A stretch of 64,000 nt of DNA from Negaprion brevirostris (Eukaryota), in assembly GCA_030324005.1 (NCBI GenBank), contig JARDVH010000193.1, positions 89,318,018 through 89,382,017 on the forward strand, given 5' to 3'. Made by a program: the position numbers and the translations under genes. Every line of letters begins with the position of its first letter. Within the stretch, counting starts at the first letter, position 1. The notes below the pieces were generated by a model. It was not told where the DNA came from and did not search any database. It saw only the letters and a program-made list of their open reading frames with translations. Below are positions 51,525 to 64,000 of the stretch, piece after piece.

Positions 51525-51940
51525 GAGAGATGTGGACGTGCCGGCGTTGGACTGGGGTAAACACAGTAAAAAGTCTGACAAGACCAGGTTTTAGTCCAAC
51601 CGATTTATTTGATANNNNNNNNNNNNNNNNNNNNNNNNNNNNNNNNNNNNNNNNNNNNNNNNNNNNNNNNNNNNNNNNNNNNNNNNNNNNNNNNNNNNNN
51701 NNNNNNNNNNNNNNACACATTGTCAGCCACTTTAGGACTTGAACAGCAGGTTAGGTGTAAAGATTCGCATTCTAATCAGTAATCTCTAAACCGTCTGTGC
51801 TGTATATGCTCTGTCCGAGGCCAGAACTCTCCATTCACCTGACGAAGAGGGTGTCCCTTTGAAAGCTTGTGAGTTTACTATCAAATAAATCGGTTGGACT
51901 AAAACCTGGTGTTGTCAAATTTTTTACTGTGTTTATCCCT
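51525..51940. mobile_element. Non-autonomous Penelope-like element with inverted terminal repeats
   Basis: 51554-51613 is the near-exact reverse complement of 51880-51939; the repeat matches the 3' terminal repeat of the Penelope element at 55600-55730. Confidence 0.8.
51834..51873 (+). ncRNA. Minimal type I hammerhead ribozyme motif
   Basis: TTCAC-CTGACGA-AGAGGG-TGT-CCCTTT-GAAA-GC-TT-GTGAG: intact CUGANGA and GAAA cores, 6-bp stem II, 5-bp stem I, palindromic vestigial stem III. Confidence 0.7.
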
Positions 51941-52200
51941 GGAGAGCTCAATGTCAAGGTATGAGAATTTTTCCACAAACTTGAGACTGGTGCTATCAAC
52001 AATCATGTCTGGTACTTCATCATATGTATGGTGCAGGCCAAACACAATCTTGGTCTTGGAGATATTGATTTGTAGGCCCAAGTTTTTGACAGCAACTGAG
52101 GATGTTTGCCTTGGTCTGAATGTCCTCGCTGTTGTAGACAACTGGGGCAGAGCTATCTGCATTCTTGCCAATTAATGTCTTGATTGAATTGGAAGACAAT
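51941..52200 (-). mobile_element. RTE-clade LINE RT fragment
   Basis: AVKNLGLQINISKTKIV...IVDSTSLKFVEKFSYLDIELS resembles GLxINxxKTK and VEKFxYLG RT motifs. Confidence 0.65.
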
Positions 52201-53948
52201 CTGAAGAAATTGTTGATGCCTGCAGACATGTCTGTGAGCCTCCCCCTTGACCTGCAACAACAAGGCAGGCACTCAGTGTTTGTAAGTGCACATGTCTCCA
52301 CAGTGACCACCAGTGGCAATGTAAAGAAATATTTGAGATGCTCTGGACCATTTCCTGTGGTCAATTCCAAAATTATCCTTGTGTAATTTCAATGCCAGAG
52401 TTGGACATGACCGCATCACATTGGCAGGCATCCTCAGTCAACATGCAGTTGGAAAGGAAAAATCAAATGGAACTCTCCTCCATTGTGTGCCAAGCATGAC
52501 CTTGCTTTAACCAAAAGCAAGTTTCCCCTAGAAGGAAAATATAAATTCACATTTTAAGCACTTGTATATCCTTATGTATTTGTCAGGCAAAAAAAAAAAG
52601 GTGACAAAGGCAACTAGTGCCATGCAAGGAGTTGACTGCAGAGCAGATCACCACCTGATCCCACCAAGCTGAGGCTAAAGATGCAACCAAAACATCAAAG
52701 CAACTTGCCAGGCACAGTCAAGCCTAGGTATCAAACTCAAGAAGCCTATCCCCTTAAATCTTGCAAGTTGGCACATAAGTGATATTTCAATATAGCACCA
52801 CAAGACAAAAGATTCAAGCTGCTTGTTATTCAGAGAATGAGAATGACACTATGTTTCTCAGTCTTGGCTGCTCTGGGAATGAAGAACTGCTGCAATTCTT
52901 GTTGCAATGGTGTTTTGCATGCCACATTAGATTGGCAATTCCATAGCATTGACCTAATAAAATGACAGAACAACAATATGCTGAAGTGAGGAGGAACATG
53001 TAAATAGTAGTATTTCCATATTGTTGTTCTTATCCTTCTTGGTGATGGAGGATGCAGACTGGAACATGCTGCAGAGTAACTGTCAAGAATGGTTGCATTT
53101 TCCCTGTCCGGAATGATCATTCATGCCACTTGTACGCCAGCTTATGTACCTACCAATTCCAGCTCCTGCTGTAGGCTGGCACTGGCCGTAATATTAAATG
53201 ATCATGCTGTTTGGGAGTGAAGAAAAGCAGAAAAATTCCCAGATGTCAAGTGTAACATTCCTCCCTAAACAAGCAGCATAAAGAATGGATTGACTGCTGT
53301 TTCTCAGTAGCATCTAGTCCATTTTAGCAACGCTAACAGTCATGACATTTCAGAAATTTCTAAAACCGACAAGTGCTTTTAAACTTCAAGAAAAAAGTGA
53401 AATACTTTTACAAAACTGATTTCTCAAGTATAAAATGCCACTGTTGCAGCTGCTGAAACAAGGGTGTTGTTTATGAATGAACCACACATTCGACGCATGG
53501 AGCAAAAACATGAACCGTTTTGGAAATGTGGCAGCTCAACTGTTTTTTCAACAGATACAGCCCAAGTTCATTAAGCCAGGATGCCCTCTAGTCAGGGGAT
53601 AGTAAGAAATGGCATAACATCAACAGGCTAAAAAGGGGAGGACCCACAAAAGGAGAGGTGCCAGTATTATTGACAACTGAATTGTGAATAGCTCAACAGC
53701 AAGTCAGACAGATAGGTTGCTCACATAAAAGGTAAAATACTGCAGATGCTGGAAATCCAAAACAACAAGTAGCAAATCATTATGTCAGGCAACATCCTTG
53801 AAGAGACAGAAACAGACTTCTGATCTCATACTAATGAGCTCTGGTGATCTCCACAGATGCTGGCATCCCTGAATATTCCCAGCATTTTCTGTTTTACTTC
53901 AGGTTTTGCATGTTGAGCACAAGAGAAAAGAGATAGATGCAGAAGGAT

Positions 53949-55732
53949 CAGTAAGAAGTCTCACAACACCCAGCCGTCCCATTGTATCAGGCAATGGAAC
54001 CCTGTGTGAGAACCTCTCTAGCTATGTCTAGAGCATCCTGAAACTCATCGTACAAAGAATTCCCAGCTTGTCGTGACACTACAGACTTCTTACCGAAACT
54101 CAGCACCCATGGAGCAGTTGAACCAGGAACACTCCTCGCCACAATGGATGTCTCGACACTGTACACCAGCATACCCCACAACGACAGCATTGCTGCAACT
54201 GTCTCGGTACTCAACGCCAACAACTGCCAGTCTCCAGACACAACACTACAACTCATCTGCTTCATCCTGGACCACATCTTCACCTTCAACAACTAGTTCT
54301 TCATCCAGACACATGGAGCAGCCATGGGGACCAAATTCGCATCTCAGTACATCAGCATCTTCATGCACAGGTTCAAACAAGATCTCTTCACCGCACAGGA
54401 TTTTCAACCAATGCTGTACACTAGATACACTGATGACATTTTCTTCCTTTGGATTCACGGCGAACAATCACTGAANNNNNNNNNNNNNNNNNNNNNNNNN
54501 NNNNNNNNNNACCATGGAGTGCTCTCCAGAATCGGTTTCATTCTTGGACACACACATCTTCATCAAGCACAGTCACCTCAGCACCTCACTGTACTGCAAG
54601 CCCACAGATAGCCTCACGATGCTCCACTTCTCCAGCTTCCACCCTAAACACATTAAAGAAGCCATCCCCTATGGACAAGCCCACAGTGTACACAGAATCT
54701 GCTCAGATGAAGTGGAACACAACAGACACTGAAAGACGCCCTCGTAAGAACAGGATATGGCGCTCGACTCATCAACAGACGTGCCACAGCAAAAAAACCA
54801 CACGACGGAAGACAAACACGGGACGTGGTGAACAGAGTACCCTTCGTCACCCAGTAGTTCCTCGGAGAAGCTACGACGTCTTCAGAGCCTGCAACATGTC
54901 ATCGATGGAGACAAAAATCTCAAAGCCATCCCCATAGCCCCACTACTTGCTTTCAAAACAACCGTGCAACCTCAAACAGATCATTGTTCACAGCAAGCTA
55001 CCCAGCCTCCAGGAGAACATCGACCATGACACCACACAAACCTGCCACAGCAACCTCTGCAAGATGTGCCGGATCATCGACACGTGAGAACACCATCCAC
55101 CAGATACTCGGTGCGTACTCTTGCAATTTGGTCAACGCTGCAGGAAAGGATGTCCCAAGGCATGTTACGTTGGTGAGAACATACAGACACTATGACAATG
55201 GACGAATGGACACCACTCGACAATCACCAGGCAGCAGTGTTTCCTTCTTATCGGGGAACACTTCAGCAGTCAACAGCATTCAACCTCTCATCTTCGGTAA
55301 GCGTTCTACAAGGCCTACAAGATATATGACAACGCAGAATCGACAAGCAGGAACTGCTGGCCAAGTTCCGCACACAGGACAGCCTCAAATCGGGATCTTG
55401 AGTTCATGTTACACTACCTAGAAGCCCTACGGATGGCAAAATCTAACTGTCCTGCTTGGGACAACTCACACCTCTTGAACCTGTGCTTAACCCTCTCTCC
55501 ACTCACATTGTCGGCACTTGTAAAGACCTGATGCCCCATTAAGACTTGCATTCCAGCCACTGTCTTCTAACTGAGTCTGCATTTATGTGCCCTGTTTGTG
55601 AACCCAACCTCCACTCACCTGAAGAGGCAGCGCTCTGAAAGTTTGTGCTACCAAATAAACCTGTTGGACTTTAACCTGGCATTGACAGATCTTTTACTGT
55701 GCCCACCCCAGTCCAACGCCAGCATCCTCATG
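53949..55732 (+). mobile_element. 5'-truncated Penelope-like retroelement (RT + GIY-YIG), pseudogenised
   Basis: LATMDVSTLYTSIPH, GAAMGTKFASQYISIFM, YTRYTDDIFFLW, VSFLDTHI..LSTSLYCKPTD, CRKGCPKACYVGE..., IGEHFS; in-frame stops and frameshifts; 3' terminal repeat at 55600-55732. Confidence 0.92.
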
Positions 55733-56039
55733 CGGAAGAATCAGTTTGGCTTTGAACAGTGACGGATGAGAGTCTAAGTCTGGAGTGTGGCACTCATGTT
55801 GGCCAGCTTTTGTGTAGAAATGGTCCACAGAAATGCCAAAAACAAGTCAATCACAAAAGGATCAGAGGATGTGTTTTACTATTTTTCATAAAATGTGAGG
55901 TTTATTCCTCCGCATGTTCACTTGCTGCATGCAAAAGAAAGCACTTCCGCTGGCCTCAAAATTTTAAAAAACTGTTCTTGGTTTAATTTCATCTGTTTCA
56001 CCACTTTAATGCAGTAAGTCGTCTCATGAGGCGCTGTAC

Positions 56040-56160
56040 TTGCAGTGCTTCAAAAACTAGTGGCTTTTGCTACCAAATAAACATGTTGGACTTTAACCTG
56101 GTGTTGAGAGACTTCTTATTGTGTCTACCCCAGTCCAACGCTGGCATCTCCACATCATGG
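56040..56160 (+). mobile_element. Additional Penelope terminal-repeat fragment
   Basis: GCTACCAAATAAACATGTTGGACTTTAACCTGGTGTTG...CCCCAGTCCAACGCTGGCATCTCCACATCATG is a direct repeat of 55647-55732. Confidence 0.8.
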
Positions 56161-58477
56161 TCGCCATTTTAATGACAGAGCACACTGGAAAAGGACTGGC
56201 TGAAAATTAACTCATCACATCTCAACCCATTGAAACAAGGATTATTTCAAGATGTTATTCCATTGACAGTCAAGGATAGCCTTCACCTTGCCCTAAAGGC
56301 TCAGTTTTGGGATTCCTACATTTTACAAGTTTGAACAGGTTGCACCGTCTCAATGCCACCCTTGTGTGAACTGGACATGCATCCAGGAAAGAAAAATACT
56401 ACAGGAAATGGACACCAAAACAAATCTACACATGCATATAAATGAGGTGTTCTGTTATCCTACCAAGGTTAATAGTGTGCAAAAGATTTATTGACTGAAT
56501 TGAACTTGTCAATTGAGAGGGAAGAGAGAAAATTGTGAGGGAGAGAAAAAAAAGGAAGACCAGCATTTGTGCGTCATAAAATATCTTCCCACTCCTGGGA
56601 CAAAAATTTTCCTTCTCCAATGCCTGAAAGTCAACACTTGAGTGCATGCTGAACAATTTTTGGTGGACATAGGTCCAAAGCAGTCTGGATTTTCACAATG
56701 AATTAGTGATCTTCCTCAGGCTGCAGATTTGAAGTGTGGGAAGTGGAAATATTTCACATCAATGCTGACACATTGCTGGGGTAGAAAATAATCTGGAAGT
56801 CCCAATAGAAAAAATTTCCAATCTCCAGCACAAACACTACAAATGGAAAGCAGAAAATTAAAATCTTTTTAAAAATTTGAATCAACGTACTGCCTGACTC
56901 CCTGACAATGAGATCAAAAGTGGAAGGTCAAGTGCTATATCCCAATACTGGTAGAAAAATGTCTGAGGCCATATTGGACGAGGTAATATCGGGGTGATTT
57001 GCCAACTGTCAGAACAAACATTAGACCTTTGGACTATGCTAAAAACGGGCTTAACTCGTGTTTTAGAGCCCAAATGGAAATGGGTTACTCTGAACCCAGC
57101 TTGAGATTACCAAATCTACGAACAGAATAACCAGGACTCTTTTAGGGTCCTGCCACCAAAGAAGTATGATTTTCCATAATCTACCGAGCTGACTCTCGAG
57201 TTAGTTGAGGATTTTCACTTTAAAACCATAGCCTGCTGCCCCCTCCCCCCACCTCCTCCACCCCCATCCCTCTCCCCCTCAACCACTTGCTCCCTCCCTG
57301 GCCACACTCACGTGATGTGGAGATACTGCACCTGATATTTTAAACTCGTTGCTAATAAGCAAATAAAGAAGTTGGAACAATCTATTATGGTCCTGCCGAC
57401 TGCCTCTTTGAGCACAATACTTTTACCCCGAATTGTGCGTGATCCAACTTTATATTTCTTCTGCAAGCCAGAGTACTGAAGAAAAGCAATAATCATGTGG
57501 GAAAGTGAAACAATTAAAAATATGAAGGAATGCTTGTGTACATGTCATATTTGGAAAACTTTTTTTGTGGTTGTATTGTTATGTGTTACATTAAGATGTA
57601 AATGGAGGTGATATCACTGAAGTGTGACACTTAATGGTTTTCTTTCTGGAGGATTGTATTATCCCAGGGACACCTGATGAAATTTGACAGCCAAAAAAAT
57701 GCAAGAGGGTGAAAGTAAAATGGATTTGTTGACAGTTTTAGTTTAGCCTGAAGGAACAATACTTCGTAGTACGAAGTGCCAAAATATGAAACTCTTATCA
57801 CTGAAGCATGAGTCAAACCCAATGTAGAATCTTTTTCTAACACGTGGTCAAGATTAAATTGGGAGAACAATCAGGTTGGTATTTGTTGTGACTGCTGATT
57901 ACACGTGTGGATTAAGTTTGATTCATTCTGATGAGAGATTTGCGTTGGAATTGCTCTGTTTCTCGAATAAATGGTCACTTGCAATGGAAACAAAAGAAGA
58001 TGGCAAAGAAAACGAAGGTCAGGATCGATTAGGTGGGGCAGGCTGAAGAAAGGCATATGCAAGGGTAAATTAGAAATGGATAGCAGAGGTTTAGAAGATC
58101 ACTAGCTGAGGGCAGTATTGTTTGGATGGAGCTCAGTGCGTTCAGGTCCAATTGTAGACTTTTGTCTGTTATTTTGGGTCTTGTATAGCCTCAGTGATGT
58201 CATGTGGACTTAGAGCATTGCCTAGTCACCCTCTGTTTATGCCTATAACACTGAAGGGCAATCTCCAGTTTTTTTTAATTCATTTGTGGGACATGGGTGT
58301 CGCTGGCTGGCCAGCATTTATTGCCCATTCCTAGTTGCCTTTGAGAAGGTCGTGGTGAGCTGNNNNNNNNNNNNNNNNNNNNNNNNNNNNNNNNNNNNNN
58401 NNNNNNNNNNNNNNNNNNNNNNNNNNNNNNNNNNNNNNNNNNNNNNNNNNNNNNNNNNNNNNCTATGGGTTACTTAC

Positions 58478-58615
58478 TCAGTGCCACATGTACAATATCA
58501 AAAGCAAAGATGTAGACAGTGAGGAATGACAATGATATGGTGAAGAGATAAAAGAAACGGTAATTCCTCTTTCCAACACAATTTCCAACCCAAGGACAGT
58601 GGTGATCAAAACGTT
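58478..58615 (-). CDS. ZDHHC9: ZDHHC9 coding exon with catalytic DHHC motif
   Basis: ttttcctcccccag acceptor, gtaagt donor; 138 nt; [46 protein letters not shown]. Confidence 0.97.
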   Translation of the reverse strand, partial: NVLITTVLGLEIVLERGITVSFISSPYHCHSSLSTSLLLILYMWH

Positions 58616-59399
58616 CTGGGGGAGGAAAAAAAACACTGGCAATTAGAAAAGGTTTTTTTTTTAACATTCCCACGACTTTCCAGTCTAATTCAATTTATAT
58701 GCTTCTCTTTTTCCAACCGCAAAGCAAGAAATGTTTGGTAGATACAAAAACAAAAGTAAGTTCCAGTCACACCACATGTAAAACATTGTTACACCTGCCT
58801 TGCAAAATGAGTAAGTGTCAGTCTACCAGAAATTTCAAGACATGATCTGCAGGGACATTTTACTTTTGGAGAGACTTTGCTTTTGCTCACATATCCTAAG
58901 AAGTTTCAGCACCTTAAGAGAAGGGGATTGGGGCAAGAAATTTCTAAAGGTGTCATTTGCCTTTTATGTTAGCAATGTGTGAAACAGAATGATATAGATC
59001 AGGTTATAACAGCATGGCAGAGTCAGAATATATCACAGCAAACATGCATTGTGCTGACCTGAAACTGTCTTTTCAACTGAAATAAAGAACAGAACTACAT
59101 TTCAATCAGTTATTGAATTTGAAAGACATCACCATTCAAATTAATTAATCCAACACTAAACTATTGTACAAACTAACACCTTAAAATTTTGATAGGAAGC
59201 TTTGCTTTTAATGTGGCTTGTGCAGGATTCATTAACTATTTAGCAACATTCAAAATTGAGAGAAAAAAATAAGCATCCACTGTATGCAATTGCCCACTGA
59301 GGCAGAAAACATTAGAAATTTCACCGCTTGAAAGTACTGCACCTAAAAGGCAACTACTGCAGCAACATTGTTCTGGGTCATTTCATTCACTGTAAATCA

Positions 59400-60040
59400 A
59401 GGATCACAGAATCAATGCTTGCAGCACAGGAAGAGAATAGGCCCATCAGGTCCATGCCAACTCTCTGCAAGAGAAATTCACCTAGCTCCACCCCCACTTT
59501 TTCCCCAAAGTCCTGATATCCTTCAATTATCCAATTCCATTTTGAAAGCCTCAACTGATTTGCCTCCACCACTCTCAGGTGAGGTGTTCCAGACCCAAAT
59601 CACGATTCTTTGTATCACCTTAAATCAGTGTCCTCTGGTTCTGGATAATTCCTTCCATGGGAATAGTTTTTTCCCCATTTATCCAATCCAAATTGCTAAC
59701 CATTCTAAAACCACTGTCAAATCTCCTCTCAATCTCTCCTCCTCTGAGGGGGCCTCAGCTTCTCCAACCTCCACAAAACTTCAGTCCCTCATACTCAAAC
59801 TACCTGCAATGCCTCTATAGTCTTAACATCCTTTCTAATGTGTGATGCCCAGAACTAGACACAATATTTCAGTTGATGCCAAACTCGTGTTCGGTATACT
59901 ATCACTTTATTTTTGTACTCTGTGCCCCAATAATAATGCCCAGAAAGGTAAATGCTTTATAATTGCTTTCTGAACATGCCCCACCATCTTCAATGATCTG
60001 TGCCCCTTCAGGTCACTTAACTCCTGCACCCCCTTAGGAA
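59400..60040 (-). mobile_element. Old CR1-type LINE 3' fragment
   Basis: Tail-like GGATCACAGAATC...AATAGGCCCATCAGGTCCAT and degraded ORF2 C-terminal sequence on the minus strand. Confidence 0.6.
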
Positions 60041-60839
60041 TTTATTCTTCAGAAGTTCTGAAAGGTGCCAGTAGCCCTTTGATCAAGAAGTAACACCCCT
60101 CTTCAGCTTGTGTTTAGCATATTTCCTCAATGTTCTTCCTGATGAGGGAACAGCTTTATTTGTTGCATTAGAAATTGGAACAATATGAAAGCTTATTTCA
60201 TCTTTCTGTATTAGTAATCAATACATTTTGTTGCTTCAAATATTTCAAATGACTTCTTTTGAATAGGTTACTATTTTATCATTTGCATCAGTCTTTTCTT
60301 GGGCTTGGCATAATGTTTTAGCTTCACTAACAAAACCTTCACAACAGGATTCACAATCACTTTGTTCTATGACAATGAAGAGTGTAGCTTTCAGTTTTCA
60401 AGGCCATTGCTTAAACCATAAATGCTTTTATGTTGTTACACAAACCTTATAGGTAAATGTTAACTTGCATTGGCAATCAGCTGTTTTGTTCACAATTCAA
60501 CCATCAAAAATAATTGCTGCAATTTACCGGATAAATTTCGTGATGGAATTCTTGTCTCCGGGAAGTAATGCATTCAATTATCCATTGTAAAATCTTCAAC
60601 TACCCTACACTTACTGTTCACAGTTAGTTACTGCATAAGTCAGGCTACAATACGCAAGGAACAGTGATAGATTTGGGTACTTTTATTCAGTTCAAGGTGC
60701 TTTTGTTTGGGTGTGTATAATTCATTATAGTTCTACAAATAAGGAGCAAAGTTTTATTCAAACCAAAAAACACATGCCAAAGTAATGACACCATAGCACC
60801 TGTACTGATAGCAAAGAAATGCACAGTGAACTTGATGAC

Positions 60840-62620
60840 TTCCAGCACTATGGTGAAACCTTCAGATGGCAAAACTGCAAAACCATTAGACCTGAAGGTT
60901 GACAAATCCCCAAGACCAGGATGGCCTGCGCCCTGGGATCTTAAAATAAAAGGTTGCAAACATAGTCGATTTGGTTATATCCTTTCAAAATTCCTTTGAT
61001 TCTGGAAGGATCCCAGTGGGTTTATTCAAGAAAGGAGGGAGGCAGGAAACAGAAAAAACAGGGTAGTTAGGTAAACTAACATCATTGGAAAATTGCTAAA
61101 AACCATTACTAAGGAGACCATAGCATAATATTTAGAAAATTATTATAATGGGTTTGTGAAAAAATTAGTTTTAATTAAATTTATTTAATTTTTTGAAGTA
61201 GTACCAACCAGAGTGGATGAAGGGGAACCTAAGGCAGCACGGTGACACAGTGGTTAGCATTGCTGCCTCACAGTGCCAGGGACCTGGGTTTGATTCCCAG
61301 CTTGGTCCTTGTCTGTAGTTTGCATGCTCTCCCCATGTCTGCGTGGGTTTCCTCCAGGTTCTTCCCAAAGTCTGAAATACATGCTGGTTAGGTGCATTAG
61401 CCATGCTAAATTCTTCCTTAGTGTACCCAAATACACGCTGGAGTGTGGCAACTAGCAGATTTTCATGGTAGCGTCATTGCAGTATTAATGTATGCCTACT
61501 TGTGACTAATAAGTAAGTTTTACTTTAGATTTGATGTGCTTGGATTTTCAGATCAAATGCCATGTCAAAAATGACATGGTGTATGGGGTATCATTTTTAG
61601 CATGGATAAAGGGTTAGTTGGCTAACAGAAAGCAGAGTAAATTGGGTCTTTTTTTGTGTTGATAGACTGTAAAGTGGAGTGCCACTGGGATAAATGCTGG
61701 GTCTTCAATTATTTACAATCAGCATCAATGATTTGGATGAAGAGACCAAATATACGATAGTTAAAGTTGATGATGACACCAAGATGAGTAGGAAAGCAAG
61801 TTGTTAAGAGGAAGTAAAGAACCTACAAAAGGGATATAGACAGGTTAAGTGAGTGGACAAAATTTAGTAGAGGCAGTATATTGTGGGAATGTGAAGTTGT
61901 CCACTTTGGCAGAATGAATAGAAAATCAGTATACTAAAATGGAGAGAGGTACAGCAGGATCTGGGTATCTTGGTATATGAATCAGGAAAAGTTCGTTTGT
62001 AGGTAGATTAAGTGCTAGGAAGGAAAATGGAATGTTGTTGTCTATTGCAAGGGGAATGGAACATAAAAGAAATTTTACTGCAGCTATACAGGGCTTTGAG
62101 ACCACATCTGGAGTACTGTGTGCAGTTTTGAAAAAAATATACAAGTGCTTTAGAAGCAGTTCAAAATGTTTTGCTTAAATCGTTCCTGGGATGAGGTGCT
62201 CATCTAATGAAGGTTGGACCAATACCCATTGGAGTTTAGAAGAGTGAGAGGTGATCTTATTGAAACACATCAGATCCTGAGGGGATTTGTTTGGGTAAAT
62301 AGGTTTTTCCTCTTGTTGGACAGACTAGAACCAGGGGACAAGTTTAAGGGTAACAAGTCTACCAGTTTAAGATGGAAATGAGGAGAAATATTTTCTCTAA
62401 GAGTCATTAGCACGTAGAATTTTCTTCCCCAGAGGGCAGTGATGTTAGGTTATTACATTTATTTAAGGTACAGTTCAATTTTTGATCGACCAAGGGTTAT
62501 GGAAGGCAGACAGCCAGATGGAGTTAAGGCAAAACCAGATCAACCATGATCTTACTGAATGGCAGAGCAGGTGCAAAGGCTGAATGGCCTACTCCAGCTA
62601 CCAAGTCCTTTGTTCTTACA
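60840..62620 (+). mobile_element. CR1-type LINE ORF2 3' region interrupted by a SINE
   Basis: DKSPRPGWP, VDEGEP|SINE|LDFQ, GVPLG*MLGLQLFTISINDLDE, DDDTK, RPHLEYCVQF, FKMEMRRNIFS, and 3' tail GAATGGCCTACTCC. Confidence 0.88.
61232..61525 (+). mobile_element. tRNA-derived SINE (variant tail) nested in CR1
   Basis: GGCAGCACGGTGACACAGTGGTTAGCATTGCTGCCTCACAGTGCCAGGGACCTGGGTTTGATTCCC ... CTACTTGTGACTAATAAG. Confidence 0.88.
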
Positions 62621-63327
62621 TCTCCTCCGTTTGATTCTCTGCAGCAGTTTTTGAGTGGCTTAGCGTATTGAAAAAGCTGTTTCTCGGTGGCAGTTTCCTT
62701 CCCTCCTGCCTGGATTTTCAATCAGCTGTTGGGGTGGGGGGTGGTGGGGGGNNNNNNNNNNNNNNNNNNNNNNNNNNNNNNNNNNNNNNNNNNNNNNNNN
62801 NNNNNNNNNGCGGGCTGCAGTTGCAGTGTGCCAGAAGGCGATTTCAAGATCACTAATCAACAAGCTCAAACACACAGTTTGGTTGCACAGCAGCCACCAC
62901 AGGGATTAATGTGAGGAATAGAGTAATTTTGAGGAAACATTTTTGTCACTAGAAGTTTCATTTTGAGAGAGATCAGTCTGGCATCTTTGCGCTGTAAGAC
63001 TTCTGGCCCTTCAATGCTGCCTCTTTTCAGCAGCAGGCCCCATCATGGCTGCCATTTGCCTTTGACATTTGTGCTGAACATGCATCTCCCATCTTCTCAG
63101 AACAATGCCACTAATTTTGCACCAAGCTCACCACTGCCCTAATTAGTGCATCGATGTGAGTCTCGTGAATGACACTTATCCAATGCAAGGCCAGTGTAAA
63201 AAACTACCTTGGAGCGAGGTTCCTGATTAAGACTTTACACACTAAACTAATGGAGGGAACTTGCCATCCCTCAACAAACTCCAATTTGATTCAAAACAAA
63301 TTTTAAAAGAATGAATATCTGACCTAC

Positions 63328-63486
63328 CAACACAGTTATCACAAACACTACAGTGGGATGCCCGAGGTGGACGGAATATCTTGCACGTGTAGCAATATTT
63401 CAACTTGATAATCTGGTTGTTGATCTGAATGTCTTTGATTCTTGGTGGTGGCCGCTGGCCTGCTGGGACATTCCCATTGGCTGCCT
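63328..63486 (-). CDS. ZDHHC9: ZDHHC9 coding exon (Cys-rich domain, first half)
   Basis: Minus strand: cgtctccag acceptor, gtaggt donor; 159 nt; [53 protein letters not shown]. Confidence 0.96.
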
Positions 63487-64000
63487 CTGGAGACGAAGAT
63501 AAACAAACGCATACATTTGTTAGGTAACAGTATCAAATTAAAAACAGATTTTTCAATAGCAATTTAATGTTGTCTTTAAAAAGGTCAATGAGAGAACAGG
63601 GTATTCATTTGGTGTAGTGGAATAGATGCCACTAATCAATCACAGATCCACCTTCTGATTAGAAATCAGCAATCAAATTTAACAAGATCCAAAATAGCTC
63701 ACATTCAACTGATAATGAGATCACTAGTGTCTATGATGATGGAATGCTCACTGGTGCACTGTAGTGAATTTTATTTTCACTAAACAAATTCCAATTTATT
63801 CCAAAATCCCATTCAAACTAAAAAGAATCGGAGCTCCACAAAAATCAGGCTAACAAGGCAATGCCTTCAGGAGAAGAAATAGTGGATGGAATTAAGAAAA
63901 GGACAAATAATACTATTTCATCACGTGACCATAAGGAAAGTAAACAGCACTCTCAAATCTGGACCAATTACAACAAAGACATCTTAAAGATAAATTGTTG

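Noticed and set aside
57670-57700. CACCTGATGAA resembling a hammerhead core
   Set aside because: No stem II followed by GAAA and no pLTR context.

Overview
Eukaryotic (vertebrate) draft genomic DNA with many N-gaps. The repeat content (HE1/V-SINE-type tRNA SINEs, Deu-domain SINEs, CR1-type LINEs) points to a cartilaginous fish, probably a shark; this is an inference. Two convergent spliced genes are present. SASH3/SLy1 is on + (coding exons 2-8 at 1293-24776; exon 1 lies upstream of the window). ZDHHC9 palmitoyltransferase is on - (seven coding exons at 63486-43704; its 5' exons lie beyond the right edge). This is the same neighbour pair as in mammals. ZDHHC9 contains a clear AT-AC minor-spliceosome (U12) intron at 48094-49827. 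Introns and the intergenic region hold decayed mobile elements: a two-gene PIF/Harbinger transposon, a Penelope-like retroelement (RT + GIY-YIG) whose terminal repeats carry minimal hammerhead-ribozyme motifs, CR1/L2/Rex/RTE LINE fragments, SINEs, MITEs and a candidate solo LTR. Most ORFs in the supplied track are spurious or run through N-gaps. I see no convincing wholly new system; the best leads are the hammerhead-bearing Penelope repeats, the U12 intron and a candidate alternative/poison ZDHHC9 exon.
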